From positions 320,001 through 384,000 of the forward strand of contig CP084167.1 in NCBI GenBank assembly GCA_021513715.1: 64,000 nt of DNA, written 5' to 3'. The translations under genes and the position numbers were made by a program. Origin of the DNA: Candidatus Heimdallarchaeum endolithica (GTDB taxonomy: Archaea; Asgardarchaeota; Heimdallarchaeia; Heimdallarchaeales; Heimdallarchaeaceae). The notes beneath the pieces were generated by a model. The model was not told where the DNA came from. It did not search any database and saw only the letters and a list, made by a program, of their open reading frames with translations. Positions 31,208 through 41,555 of the stretch are shown here, one piece after another (the stretch's first letter is position 1; every line of letters starts with the position of its first letter).

Positions 31208-32137
31208 ATGACAGCCTTCGCTTTAGGAATAGGTTTATCTTTTGTTGCTGCCTTTGGTTGGGGAACAGGGTTCATCACATATAAAATAGGTGTAAAAAGT
31301 ACAGACCCTTTAACAGCAACATTCCTGAGAGGGATTGTAGCTATTCCTTTAATCATATTAGTATCCATTTTGATTTATGGGGTTGAATCACTAACAATTT
31401 TTTTTAAAGGAGAAGCTAGGTTGTGGTTAGCTCTTTCAGCAATTACAATCACGTTAGGAGACTTTTTTTCTCTTTTCTCAATGAAAAAGTTAGATGCTTC
31501 AATTGCTCAACCTATTTCTGCCATTTATCCACTATTCACAAACTTAATTCTTCTTATTGGGGGAATAGAAAAAGTAACTTTACAAATTATACTTGGTACT
31601 TTATTAAATGTAATTGGTGCAGGAATTATTTCATTCCAAACAAATAGAAAGGATAAAAATGGTATAGAAAAATCATTAGAAGAAAAAAGATCAAACTTAC
31701 AAGGAATGATTTTTGCTATATTAGCTGCTCTAGCATGGGGTTTCACCATTGTTTTCACCAAAATATTACTCAGCTTTGATGGAATTAATGTTATTCCAAT
31801 GTTGGGAATAAGAAATGGAATTATGATTATAATAGCAGGAATTGGGATTATTATTTCATTATTAAAAAGGAAAATACAAAAAATTGATAAAAAAATCACT
31901 AACAAAAAGGATTTATTATTCCTAACAATTGGAGGAATAGTAACTTGGGGGGCTGGAGGAATATCCTTTTTTACAGCAGTTACACTTATTGGAGCAGCTA
32001 GAAGTACACCAATTTCCTCTATTTCTCCTTTCTTTGTTTTACTTTTAGGCTCTATTTTCTTAAAAGAAAAGATATCCAAACTTCAATTATTAGGTGTAAT
32101 TAGCATAGTCTGTGGTTCAATTTTACTTTCTATTTGA
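31208..32137 (+). CDS. EamA/DMT family transporter
   Basis: 10 TM in two repeats; FLKEK C-terminal motif. Confidence 0.85.
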   Translation: MTAFALGIGLSFVAAFGWGTGFITYKIGVKSTDPLTATFLRGIVAIPLIILVSILIYGVESLTIFFKGEARLWLALSAITITLGDFFSLFSMKKLDASIAQPISAIYPLFTNLILLIGGIEKVTLQIILGTLLNVIGAGIISFQTNRKDKNGIEKSLEEKRSNLQGMIFAILAALAWGFTIVFTKILLSFDGINVIPMLGIRNGIMIIIAGIGIIISLLKRKIQKIDKKITNKKDLLFLTIGGIVTWGAGGISFFTAVTLIGAARSTPISSISPFFVLLLGSIFLKEKISKLQLLGVISIVCGSILLSI

Positions 32138-32205
32138 TTTTCAAAAAAAGTGAAATAAAAAATTTGGTAAAGAAATCAAAGTTTGTAACTTTTTAAATTT
32201 ATAAA

Positions 32206-32718
32206 TTAAACTGAAAGATTATATTTTTTTGCTAACTTTTTTGCTAACTCTTCTTCTTCCATAGCATGCTTTTCGTCTTTTGTATATTCGTTAGGTAGCC
32301 ATTCAGGTATTTCTTTCTTAATGGTAGTATAATATCTCCTTATAGCTCTTTGCAATGCTCCAACTGCAAGTGTCCCACAATGATTTTTTATTTTAGGCAA
32401 ACCCCCAAGGGCCTTAGAAACATCTTTCCAGCTTATATTCCAAACTTCTTGCAAAGTTTTGTTTTGAATCATTATAGTTACTTCACTAGCTGTTGCAATA
32501 TTTGAAGCACATCCAAAACTTTCAAAGGAAGATTTCACTATCTTTTCATTTTTTTCATCAATTTTTAAATAAAAAGCAATCATATCTCCACATGCAGGAG
32601 AACCTGCTTGTGCAAATACAGTTGCATCTTCCATTTTTCCTAAGTTTACTGGATTCTTAAAGAGTTCAATTACTCTTTGTGAATATGGAAGAGGAATTCT
32701 ACTTGACATCTTTTTCAC
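32206..32718 (-). CDS. iscU: Fe-S cluster scaffold protein
   Basis: YS...FKNP, PACGD, FGCAS, LPKIKNHC. Confidence 0.9.
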   Translation of the reverse strand: MKKMSSRIPLPYSQRVIELFKNPVNLGKMEDATVFAQAGSPACGDMIAFYLKIDEKNEKIVKSSFESFGCASNIATASEVTIMIQNKTLQEVWNISWKDVSKALGGLPKIKNHCGTLAVGALQRAIRRYYTTIKKEIPEWLPNEYTKDEKHAMEEEELAKKLAKKYNLSV

Positions 32719-32749
32719 CTTTTCTCTTTTAGTCTTTTTTTATTATTTT

Positions 32750-33961
32750 CTATAGCTCAATACTTCCAGTTATTTTCCTAAGTCTTGAAACAACTTTAGG
32801 CATTGTTTCTAAGATATATTTTATTTGCTCTTCTGTATTTAAGCGACTTAATTTCATTAAAAGACTACCATGAGCTTCTTCTGGTCGCCTTCCTATCGCT
32901 GTTAAAATATGACTTGGCATTAGTATCCTACTTGAACATGCACTTCCACTTGAGGTATAAATACCATTCATGCTGCACTCTACTGTCAAAGCTTCACCTT
33001 CGCAACCTAAGAAACTCAAATTGACATTATCAGCTATTCTTTTTTCTCCTTCTGCTCCATTGATCAAAGTCTTTGGAATAGTAGTATAAAGGCCATATAG
33101 AAGTTTGTTTCTTAAATTAATTAAATTTTTGATTTTTTCGTCAAAATTCTCAAACTCTAATTCAATTGTTTTTGCGAAGCCTGCGATTAAAGGCATTATT
33201 TCGACACCAGGAGAGAGAGTTTCAACACTTAACTGTCCTTCAAGTAGTGGTTTAACATGTACTCCTTCTTTTACATATAAACCTCCTATTCCTTTAGGAC
33301 CCAAAACTCTAGAACTATCAAAAGTAGCCAGATCTATTTCTAATTCATTTAAATTAATTTTCATTCTCCCAAAAGCAGCAGACATATCTGAATGAACAAG
33401 AGTTTCTTTATTTTTATCTTTAACAATTTCAATAACTTCGCGCAAGGGTTGTATTGAACCAATTTCATGATTAGCAAGTTGCACACTAACCAAAAGAGTC
33501 TCTTCATCGATCATATTTTGTAAACTATCCAAATCAATTGTTCCATTACTATATACAGGTATTTCTTCTATCTTGTAACCTTGACTTTTCATGTATCTGC
33601 TAGAATGAATAATACTTAGATGTTCCACGGAGGAAGTGATTATTTTCTTTCTTTTTTTATTTGCTTTTGCTACCCCTCGAATAGCAATATTATTAGATTC
33701 TGTTAAACCATGTGTAATATAAAAGTCTTGAGGAGAGATATTTAAAGGTTGAACTAGTTTCTCTTTTGTTTCAACATATAGTTCGTAAGTTTCCCAACCT
33801 AAACGATGTGTTATGGCAGGATTCGCGAACCCTTTCTCAAGGTAAAAGGGTTTCATTGCTTCAAATACTTCTTTAGGAACATAATTGCCATTTTCCCAAT
33901 CAACATATACTTCTATTTTTGAACGTCCATGTTCCTCTAATAATCCATCTACTTTCTTCAT
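32750..33961 (-). CDS. iscS: IscS/NifS-like protein lacking the PLP-binding lysine
   Basis: TESNN, EH, NHEIG, SGSACSS retained; DSSRVLGPKG in place of SxHKxxGPKG. Confidence 0.85.
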   Translation of the reverse strand: MKKVDGLLEEHGRSKIEVYVDWENGNYVPKEVFEAMKPFYLEKGFANPAITHRLGWETYELYVETKEKLVQPLNISPQDFYITHGLTESNNIAIRGVAKANKKRKKIITSSVEHLSIIHSSRYMKSQGYKIEEIPVYSNGTIDLDSLQNMIDEETLLVSVQLANHEIGSIQPLREVIEIVKDKNKETLVHSDMSAAFGRMKINLNELEIDLATFDSSRVLGPKGIGGLYVKEGVHVKPLLEGQLSVETLSPGVEIMPLIAGFAKTIELEFENFDEKIKNLINLRNKLLYGLYTTIPKTLINGAEGEKRIADNVNLSFLGCEGEALTVECSMNGIYTSSGSACSSRILMPSHILTAIGRRPEEAHGSLLMKLSRLNTEEQIKYILETMPKVVSRLRKITGSIEL

Positions 33962-33965
33962 TTTT

Positions 33966-34226
33966 TTAACCTAATAGTTCTTTTATAATATTTTCAATAT
34001 TATCAACGTTAGTAAGGATAAGTTTACCATTTTTATAAAAAGAAATGTCTATCCCTTTATATTTATATTTCAATATAAAACTGCCAACACTGGTTTCAAA
34101 ATCACATTTTTCCTCAAGTATCTTCTTAACTTCATCTATTTTAGACCATTTAAGCACAAGTAACCAACTACTGTCTTTTTGGCAATTTTGAATTATTGAT
34201 TGAGCGAAAGGATGAGCTAATGACAT
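33966..34226 (-). CDS. Small hypothetical protein upstream of iscS
   Basis: Likely ATG 34226; ends 4 nt before iscS; ISFYKNGKLIL beta motif. Confidence 0.55.
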   Translation of the reverse strand: MSLAHPFAQSIIQNCQKDSSWLLVLKWSKIDEVKKILEEKCDFETSVGSFILKYKYKGIDISFYKNGKLILTNVDNIENIIKELLG

Positions 34227-34327
34227 TTTCTTTTCATGCTTTTGATAAAATACTCCCTTTTTAATATTTATTTTGAGCAAAAAATATCTGTAAGTATTAC
34301 TTGAAATTTCAAAATGCATAAAAAGCT

Positions 34328-34807
34328 ATGCCAAAAATCAAACTTATGACTGAAAAAAAGCAAGAAAGTTTTGAATATGAACTAAGTTTAACTCGAATTA
34401 ATAATTTCAAGTTCATTGTAGATTTTGGTAAAGAAACTATTCCTAACCTACTTATGGATGAAGACAAAGCTGTTCCTGGTGGAGAAGAACTTGGACCAAC
34501 AGCTTCAATGTTAATTGCTGCAGCAGTTGGAAACTGTTTATCTGCATCTTTAACTTTCTGTATGATGAAAAAAAGAGCAGAAATAAAAGATCTAAAAACC
34601 AAAGTAAAGCTTATAAGACAACGAAACGAAGAAGGTTTTTGGAGGATTAAAAAGATAGAAGTAAAACTTAATCCTGTTTTAAATATTCCAGAAGAAGACA
34701 AACAAAAGTTAGATCAATGTTTAAAAATTTTTAGAAATTATTGTATTGCTTCAACAAGTATTGAGGAAGGAATACCTATTGATATAACAGTAGAACCAAA
34801 AAACTAA
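34328..34807 (+). CDS. OsmC/Ohr family protein
   Basis: GP...AAVGNC and second cysteine YCIA; start may be 34346. Confidence 0.85.
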   Translation: MPKIKLMTEKKQESFEYELSLTRINNFKFIVDFGKETIPNLLMDEDKAVPGGEELGPTASMLIAAAVGNCLSASLTFCMMKKRAEIKDLKTKVKLIRQRNEEGFWRIKKIEVKLNPVLNIPEEDKQKLDQCLKIFRNYCIASTSIEEGIPIDITVEPKN

Positions 34808-34951
34808 ATATTAATTTTTATTTTTTTATTTTAAATCAATTTAGCAGAATAATTGATAATTTTAAAAAAACTATTTTTTAAAATTAGAAATAACTAAACT
34901 TTTATATCAAATAAGAGATAGTTTTTAGTGCTATTTGAAGTGTGCTCAAAA

Positions 34952-35917
34952 ATGACAAGATTTTCTATTGCTATAACAGGACTTCCACAAGCAGGAAAAT
35001 CAAGTTTCACCCAAAGATTACTATCTGGTACTTTTGTTTCTTCTCCCCCAACTTTGGGAGTTGATGTTGAATTCACAGAATATCAAGGGTTTCCTCTTCA
35101 AATATGGGACATGGGTGGACACCAAGCATTTAGAAAACATATCTGGAAAAATTACATAAATCTATCATCAGCTTTAATCTTCATTTTCGATGCCTCAAAT
35201 TTAGAAAGTTTACCTGAAAGTAAAGAATGGTTTTACACTACTTTAGAATGGATAGAAAATAAAAACATTCCTGTACTCTTTTTAGGCAATAAAATGGACT
35301 TAGTAGTTGAAAAAGAAAAAGTTATGGAAAAAATAGTTGAAGGTTTTGAGCTAGATAAATTAACTTCAATAGAAAGTAAAATGAGTTTTCGATTCTTTTT
35401 CATATCTGTCAAGACTGGGGAATATATAAGCGATGCAATGAATTGGCTCATAAATAAATTGGTTAGCAAAAAGACAAACTTCATGCCTAACATTCTTTCA
35501 GTAGATATTTTCGTTAAAAAAGGGGATATTAATCTACACATCCATGATAACACAAGAACAAGAGAAAAAGTAAAGAATGTGATTAATGCCTACGAGAAAA
35601 AGTGGTTAGAATCATCAAACCAGAAGCAACTTAGTTCAATGGAAGAAATTAATTTTGAAGAGTATAAGTTACTGTTTATCAGCTATCAAAACATTGCGAT
35701 ATTAGTAACTACAGAACATACCCTTATTGAAAAAGGACCTTTACTCTCTCTAATTGAAAAGTTAACTGAATTCATTTCTACAGATTTATTGAATGAGGAA
35801 ACGCGTTATCTAGTGTTTCAAAAAGTGAAAAAGGAATTGGAAAAAAGTTTTATTCCCTTTGCATCTAAAACACTAACATGTAAAGTAATAAGTATAGATA
35901 ACTTAGCTAAACATTAG
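34952..35917 (+). CDS. Arf/Ras-superfamily small GTPase with C-terminal extension
   Basis: G1 GLPQAGKS, G2 PT, G3 WDMGG, G4 NKMD, G5 SVK; ~150-aa C-terminal alpha/beta domain. Confidence 0.85.
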   Translation: MTRFSIAITGLPQAGKSSFTQRLLSGTFVSSPPTLGVDVEFTEYQGFPLQIWDMGGHQAFRKHIWKNYINLSSALIFIFDASNLESLPESKEWFYTTLEWIENKNIPVLFLGNKMDLVVEKEKVMEKIVEGFELDKLTSIESKMSFRFFFISVKTGEYISDAMNWLINKLVSKKTNFMPNILSVDIFVKKGDINLHIHDNTRTREKVKNVINAYEKKWLESSNQKQLSSMEEINFEEYKLLFISYQNIAILVTTEHTLIEKGPLLSLIEKLTEFISTDLLNEETRYLVFQKVKKELEKSFIPFASKTLTCKVISIDNLAKH

Positions 35918-36245
35918 ACCATTAAAATATTAAATATTCCGATTTTTTTGTATAACTACAATGTTGTTTAAAATACTAAATAATACAATTTTTAATTTTC
36001 GTAATAAAAAAGATGGGTTTCATCTTTTAGTTTCTATCACTTATCTACGTAGTGCATGACAATCCTCAACCCATCATCTTTTATTTATGAAGAAAGTATT
36101 AAAACTTTCACTTTTGCATTAGATCTAGTGTGTTTTTCAATAATGACTCCTTGTTTATAAAAAATTCCACAAATGTTAAAACTTATAATCTCTATTTTAT
36201 TATAAAGGAAAGGAAGTGCATTTCCTATACTTTGAGGAACTAACA

Positions 36246-37100
36246 ATGTCTAATGATCTTCGTGTTCTACTTGTGGAGGATGACAGTGACATAGCCTTCC
36301 TTATCAAAATCAACATAATCAAGGCCTTTCCTGAAGTGGAAGTACATATTACTCAAACAAAGGAAGATGCATTAAACATTCTTCAAAAATATAAATATGA
36401 CTTTGATATTATATTACTAGATTATTTGTTAGGTGATATTACAGGTTTAGATATTCTAGAAGAAATTAGAAAAATAACTGATATTCCTGTTCTTATAATC
36501 ACTGGACAAGGTTCTGAAGAAGTTGCAGTAAAAGCAATGAAAATGGGAGCACAAGATTACATAGTAAAAAGAGGACGATTTTTCAGTAAAATACCTGAAA
36601 TAATCGAAAACATAAAAACAAAAAAATCTCGTTATGATAAAAATAAGATTTTTCTTGCTTTTTATAGGTTTGGAACATCAGGAACTGAACCAATATATGT
36701 AAACAGAATTCCTGAAGAATATGAAGAGATAAAGGAAACTGTTATTTTGTCTTTAGGAGTTATGCTTTACACTTTGTTTGGAATGGGTGAGATAGATAAA
36801 TTAGAAAGTTCTTCTATTATCTCCGGACCAGTAAGAATTCCTAAAATGAAAGATTATTATGCAACAAGTCTACTCTATATTGTTGAAGATAAAAACCAAA
36901 TGGACAAAAGATTAGAAGGAAAGGATTATTGCATTGTAGCCTTAGCTTATCCATTTGAATACCAAGACATTGCTCAAGGAATAGAAAAAATAAGAAATAT
37001 TCTTAATAAATTCTTTGAATCGATTAATGATGTTTCAGAAATAAGTGAAAAAGTAAAAGATGTAGAAGAACAAATATATAATGTTATAAGTTGGTTTTAA
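36246..37100 (+). CDS. Response regulator receiver fused to an uncharacterised (possibly longin/uDENN-like) domain
   Basis: VEDD, LLDYLL, TG, GAQDYIVK; C-terminal domain begins FLAFYRFGTSGTEP. Confidence 0.8.
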   Translation: MSNDLRVLLVEDDSDIAFLIKINIIKAFPEVEVHITQTKEDALNILQKYKYDFDIILLDYLLGDITGLDILEEIRKITDIPVLIITGQGSEEVAVKAMKMGAQDYIVKRGRFFSKIPEIIENIKTKKSRYDKNKIFLAFYRFGTSGTEPIYVNRIPEEYEEIKETVILSLGVMLYTLFGMGEIDKLESSSIISGPVRIPKMKDYYATSLLYIVEDKNQMDKRLEGKDYCIVALAYPFEYQDIAQGIEKIRNILNKFFESINDVSEISEKVKDVEEQIYNVISWF

Positions 37101-37124
37101 ACTAAAGTCATTCTTGAATAAATG

Positions 37125-38276
37125 TTATTTATAGACTTCATGTATTTTCTTTATTTCAGTTTCCCAATTGAACTTATTTTTATAAGCTTCTTCAGTATTT
37201 TTCTTTAATTGTTCCAAAGTTTCTTCATCATTGATCAATTTCACTATTTTTTCTGAAATTTCTTCGGGTGATTGTGGGTTAACAAAAAAGCCCAACTGCT
37301 TATAATAACTTGCTCCTTCTCTTAATCCTTCAAAATCTGAACCTATAAATGGGACACCAGCAGAATAGTACTCATAAAGTCTATTAGGAATTCTTCTAAA
37401 GTTATTCTTTCCTGGTTGGAAAAGAATTAACCCCACATCACTTGTTCTTAAAACAGATAGCGCTAAATGATAATTCATCCATCCTGTTAGAATAAAGTAT
37501 TCATTTAGCTTTTCTTCTTCAATCATCTTTTTCATAGGTTGATATGCTGCTCCATCACCAATTATGAGAAAATCTATATCTGAAGGAGATAAATTATATT
37601 GATCTCGCAGATATTTAGCTACTTTTACAGTAACATCATAACCCAAATTTGCATACATTACACCAAAATAAACTACTCGAAATTTTGCTTTCTTTTGAAA
37701 TTCTTTAGGAATTTCAATGTCATGACCTTTATCTACATCTTCTATTGAAGGGTAGTTTGAAATAACAGAGGCTTTAACCTTATATTTTTTCTCAATCAAA
37801 TTTGAATAAGTTTTTCCAGGTGTTAAGACATAATTTACTTTTTTAATGAAATATCGTTCTACCCAAGTATAAACTATTTGAGCTGGCCAACCAAAAGTTT
37901 CTGACATCTGTTCTGGAAAGTTTTCATGAGAATCATAAACAAATATTTTTCCATTTTTCTTTAATCTAAAGATTGCAGGTAAAGCATTTAAGTCATGGAA
38001 ATGGATATAATCATATAGTTCAGAACCAACAAGTTTTTTTACTTTACGATAAAATTCAAAATACTTGAAAAATAATTTTTTCTTGATTTCAACTCTATAG
38101 ATTAAATAACCGTCTCTTTCTTCTTTTTTTGGTAAATCTAAACTTGGTCTTGTTATTCCAATAACAGAAACATCAAAATTTTTTGATGCCAAATATCTTG
38201 CTTCTTTTTCTACTCTGACATCAGGGTTAACTGTACTCAAAACAAGCATCAATATTTTTTTTCTCTTGTTACTCAT
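37125..38276 (-). CDS. Glycosyltransferase family 4
   Basis: DVRVEKEA, HFHD, YDSHE, PNRLYEY, FNWE. Confidence 0.88.
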   Translation of the reverse strand: MSNKRKKILMLVLSTVNPDVRVEKEARYLASKNFDVSVIGITRPSLDLPKKEERDGYLIYRVEIKKKLFFKYFEFYRKVKKLVGSELYDYIHFHDLNALPAIFRLKKNGKIFVYDSHENFPEQMSETFGWPAQIVYTWVERYFIKKVNYVLTPGKTYSNLIEKKYKVKASVISNYPSIEDVDKGHDIEIPKEFQKKAKFRVVYFGVMYANLGYDVTVKVAKYLRDQYNLSPSDIDFLIIGDGAAYQPMKKMIEEEKLNEYFILTGWMNYHLALSVLRTSDVGLILFQPGKNNFRRIPNRLYEYYSAGVPFIGSDFEGLREGASYYKQLGFFVNPQSPEEISEKIVKLINDEETLEQLKKNTEEAYKNKFNWETEIKKIHEVYK

Positions 38277-38414
38277 ATAAAATACTCCAGAATTAGATAT
38301 ATTTGTAATTATTGGTCGAACAAAGACTCTTTTTTTAAAAATTAAAAACTAACATACTTTTATCTTCGTAAATAAAAGTAAGATTTTTAGGGTAAAAAGT
38401 CTTTTGAAAATTTA

Positions 38415-38666
38415 ATGATAATCACAGCATATATTCTTATGACAGTAAAATTAGGGAAGACTCAAGAAGTGGTCAACGAATTAAGAAAAATTCATTCTAT
38501 AACAAGTTGTTCTGTTGTTACTGGTGAGTGGGACATTGTTGCTACTATTAAAGTTAAAAACTTAGAAGAACTTTACAACATTACTTCAGAGTGCATACAT
38601 CTCATTCCAGGTCTTGAAAGTACACAAACTTGTATTGTAGAGAAAGAAATAATTGGAGAAGAATAA
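38415..38666 (+). CDS. Stand-alone Lrp/AsnC ligand-binding (RAM) domain protein
   Basis: AYILM...VTGEWDIV...T-T pattern; no HTH. Confidence 0.85.
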   Translation: MIITAYILMTVKLGKTQEVVNELRKIHSITSCSVVTGEWDIVATIKVKNLEELYNITSECIHLIPGLESTQTCIVEKEIIGEE

Positions 38667-38678
38667 GGAGAGTTCAAC

Positions 38679-39941
38679 ATGTCAATTGCAGCCCATAGAG
38701 AATTCAGTAAAATTAGAAGAAAGAGCACGTTTTATCTACTAGCCTTGGGATCTGGTTTAATCACTAGTCTGTGGGTAGTTTTAGATGCAATTGGTAACAA
38801 TTTCATTACTGATCCTTATCTTTTTGGAGCATTTGAGATGGTTGTAGGTTTAATAGTGTCAATAATTCTTGTACTTATTCTTTCTATTCCTCTACCAAAC
38901 AAAGATAAGGAATTTAAGAAAACTCTGGGTTACTATTTTGACCCTAATTTTCAAGGAATAATGTTTCCTAAAGGAAAAGTTTTACTATATACCCTTCTTG
39001 CTGGTCTTTTTGCTACAGGAAACACTATACTCTATTTTGTTCTTTTAGAAAAGTATGATGCATCTCTAATAATGCCATTTAGCCAATTTGTTCTCGTTTA
39101 CTTGCTTATTGCTGATTCTATTTCAGAAAGAGAAAAACCTGTTGCAATTGAAATCCAATCAATTACAATGATAGCTGTAGGAGTAATGATTTCTACAATT
39201 TCTGGTGGAAAATTAGATGCTATAGGCATTTCACTTATCTTTGGTCCATTTGCTTTATTTTCAGCTTTATATACTGTTTTTCAAAAGAAAGCTTTAGTAA
39301 CAAAAAATGATAAAGGAAGAAAGATAGATACACTAAGTCTAAGAATATGGACACTTTTTATTATGACAGCAGGGCAAGTAATAGCATCACTTCCTAGTAT
39401 CTACAGAGTAGGTTTTAATGAGATAAAAGAAAATTGGAAACATTCTTTAGCTCCTGTAATTGGCTCAATGTTATTAGTTTATCTTGGTGTAATTGCTTAC
39501 ACCAGGGCACTTACGATGGGGAAAATGTCTATTGTAAGAGCTTTAAACAGTATAAGCGTCATCTCCACTTATCCTTTGGCAGCTATTTTTGCTATTTGGT
39601 TTCCAGCGATATTCCGTTCAGGAGGAAATGATATTGTAGGTATAATCCTAAAAATATCTGGTTCGATACTTATTTTAATAGGTGTAGTTACCTTATCTAT
39701 GTCTGAAACTAGAGGTTTAATCTTTGCTAAAATAAAAATCGGAGAAAAAATAGATTTAACAAAATTATCACAAATAAGGGGAATAGAATCTGTAGCCTAT
39801 ACTTCAGGAGTTTATGATTTAATAATTTCAATAAGATTAAGAAATATTGGAAAAGCTTACAACTTGATAAGGAAATCTATAGCTAAATTACCATGGATAG
39901 AAAGTGTAGTTACTTTACCAGTTATTCGTGAATATAAATAA
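38679..39941 (+). CDS. EamA/DMT-like transporter fused to a C-terminal Lrp/AsnC ligand-binding domain
   Basis: About 10 TM, then GIESVAYTSGVYDLII RAM domain. Confidence 0.75.
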   Translation: MSIAAHREFSKIRRKSTFYLLALGSGLITSLWVVLDAIGNNFITDPYLFGAFEMVVGLIVSIILVLILSIPLPNKDKEFKKTLGYYFDPNFQGIMFPKGKVLLYTLLAGLFATGNTILYFVLLEKYDASLIMPFSQFVLVYLLIADSISEREKPVAIEIQSITMIAVGVMISTISGGKLDAIGISLIFGPFALFSALYTVFQKKALVTKNDKGRKIDTLSLRIWTLFIMTAGQVIASLPSIYRVGFNEIKENWKHSLAPVIGSMLLVYLGVIAYTRALTMGKMSIVRALNSISVISTYPLAAIFAIWFPAIFRSGGNDIVGIILKISGSILILIGVVTLSMSETRGLIFAKIKIGEKIDLTKLSQIRGIESVAYTSGVYDLIISIRLRNIGKAYNLIRKSIAKLPWIESVVTLPVIREYK

Positions 39942-40055
39942 TTATAAAAAGTAGTTTAATTTTTTAAGCAATAAATACTCTATCATTTTTTTCTCATTTA
40001 ATATTTTTAACATAGAAAAAAGGTGGCAAAAATAAAAAAAAAAGAAGTGTTAAGA

Positions 40056-41483
40056 TTATTTTAATAATTTCTTATATGGAGCTCTTTCTCCAGCTAGATA
40101 TTCCTTATGGACATCAACATATTTTAGAACAATTATTAATCCTATCATAAAGAATACTAATAGAGGAGCGAGAGCAATTGCATATTGATTGGAAATACTC
40201 AAACCAAGTTTAACACCTAAACCAAGCATCAACAAGAACATTATTGGACTTATGATAGCACTTACTCTTCCTGCAATTTGTTTAAATCCTTGATATTGAG
40301 TAACTTTCTTTGGAGGAGCAACTTCAAAAACAAATTGTCTTCCGATTAGCCATATTCCACCAAATCCTATTCCTATAAAGAATCCTACTAAGAACATTAT
40401 TTGCCAAGGAACAATATGCTTTCCATCTACCTCAATACAAGCAAGGATAGCTATACTTACTGCAATAAACCAAGAGAATATATTAATAATGAAATTTTTC
40501 TTTGGTCCAAGTTTATCTAAAAGAACTCCTACAATAATTGCTCCGATCATTGATAAAAGTCCTCCCATTGCAATAATCATTAATGCTTGTCCAGGATCAG
40601 CTCCTACACCGTCAATCATTACAAGTTGCATATATAGAATTGTAGTATTGCTTGCATCTGTTACAAAAAACCAACCTAAAATAAACAATAAAGCGTTTTT
40701 GTATTGGAAAATCTCTCTTAAAGTGTCCTTAAATTCAATTCCTGCTTGTTTTAAATTCTGTTTGAGGGAGAAAGAATTTGTATTCTCTTTTTCTTTCGAA
40801 AATAGAAAGGGTATCGTGAAAACTAATATCGCGCCAATTACTATAACAGTCAACCATTCTAAACTTGTATATGTTATTGATGCACCTTCTTCAAATACCT
40901 TTCCAGGTTCTGAAAACTTACCCCATATTGAATAAGCTACTTGAGCCAATCCAATGGCAGCAAAAGTTCCTATAAAACTAAGAGAACCTGAAATACCAGA
41001 AGTTACCCCTCTTTGATCTGTTTTTGAAATAAAAGGTATCATTGAATCGTAAAACATTCGTCCTGCTTGATAGCCAAAGTTAGCAAAAACGAACATTATT
41101 GAAAGCCACCAAAAGTTCCTCCAAATGAGGAAGGCTAATGTTGAAATAACCATTAGAGACGCTGAAATAAGAACGGCAGATTTTCGTTTTCCTATCGTAT
41201 CACTAATGGATCCAATTATTGGACCAAAAATAGCTACGAGTAAGTTTGAAAAAGCCATAAATGCGGACATTAGAGCAAAAGCAGTCCAGTAATTAGTAAT
41301 GCCTTGTTCATAAGCCAATAATAGAACAAATGGTTGAAAAACGATACTTATTATCCCTTGAGAAAAAAGAGTATCAGCAGCATCGTAGGAAGACCATAGA
41401 AAAACATTACCAAAATGCGTTCTTTTCGCCTCAATTTTAGTAGGTTCAACATTTTTATCAACTACTGTCACATAATTATCCAT
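40056..41483 (-). CDS. MFS transporter (UMF1/Atg22-like)
   Basis: 12 TM; WSSYDAA, GSISD, FYDSM, LDKLGPK. Confidence 0.85.
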   Translation of the reverse strand: MDNYVTVVDKNVEPTKIEAKRTHFGNVFLWSSYDAADTLFSQGIISIVFQPFVLLLAYEQGITNYWTAFALMSAFMAFSNLLVAIFGPIIGSISDTIGKRKSAVLISASLMVISTLAFLIWRNFWWLSIMFVFANFGYQAGRMFYDSMIPFISKTDQRGVTSGISGSLSFIGTFAAIGLAQVAYSIWGKFSEPGKVFEEGASITYTSLEWLTVIVIGAILVFTIPFLFSKEKENTNSFSLKQNLKQAGIEFKDTLREIFQYKNALLFILGWFFVTDASNTTILYMQLVMIDGVGADPGQALMIIAMGGLLSMIGAIIVGVLLDKLGPKKNFIINIFSWFIAVSIAILACIEVDGKHIVPWQIMFLVGFFIGIGFGGIWLIGRQFVFEVAPPKKVTQYQGFKQIAGRVSAIISPIMFLLMLGLGVKLGLSISNQYAIALAPLLVFFMIGLIIVLKYVDVHKEYLAGERAPYKKLLK

Positions 41484-41555
41484 AAGACTTCAAAATTAAA
41501 AAAAATAGCTTATTTAAAAACAATTATTGAAAACGAAAATAGAAACAAAAAGAAT

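Noticed and set aside
36003-36086. Fluoride riboswitch, SECIS or C/D box RNA
   Set aside because: Consensus elements are not convincingly present; kept only as an unassigned structure.
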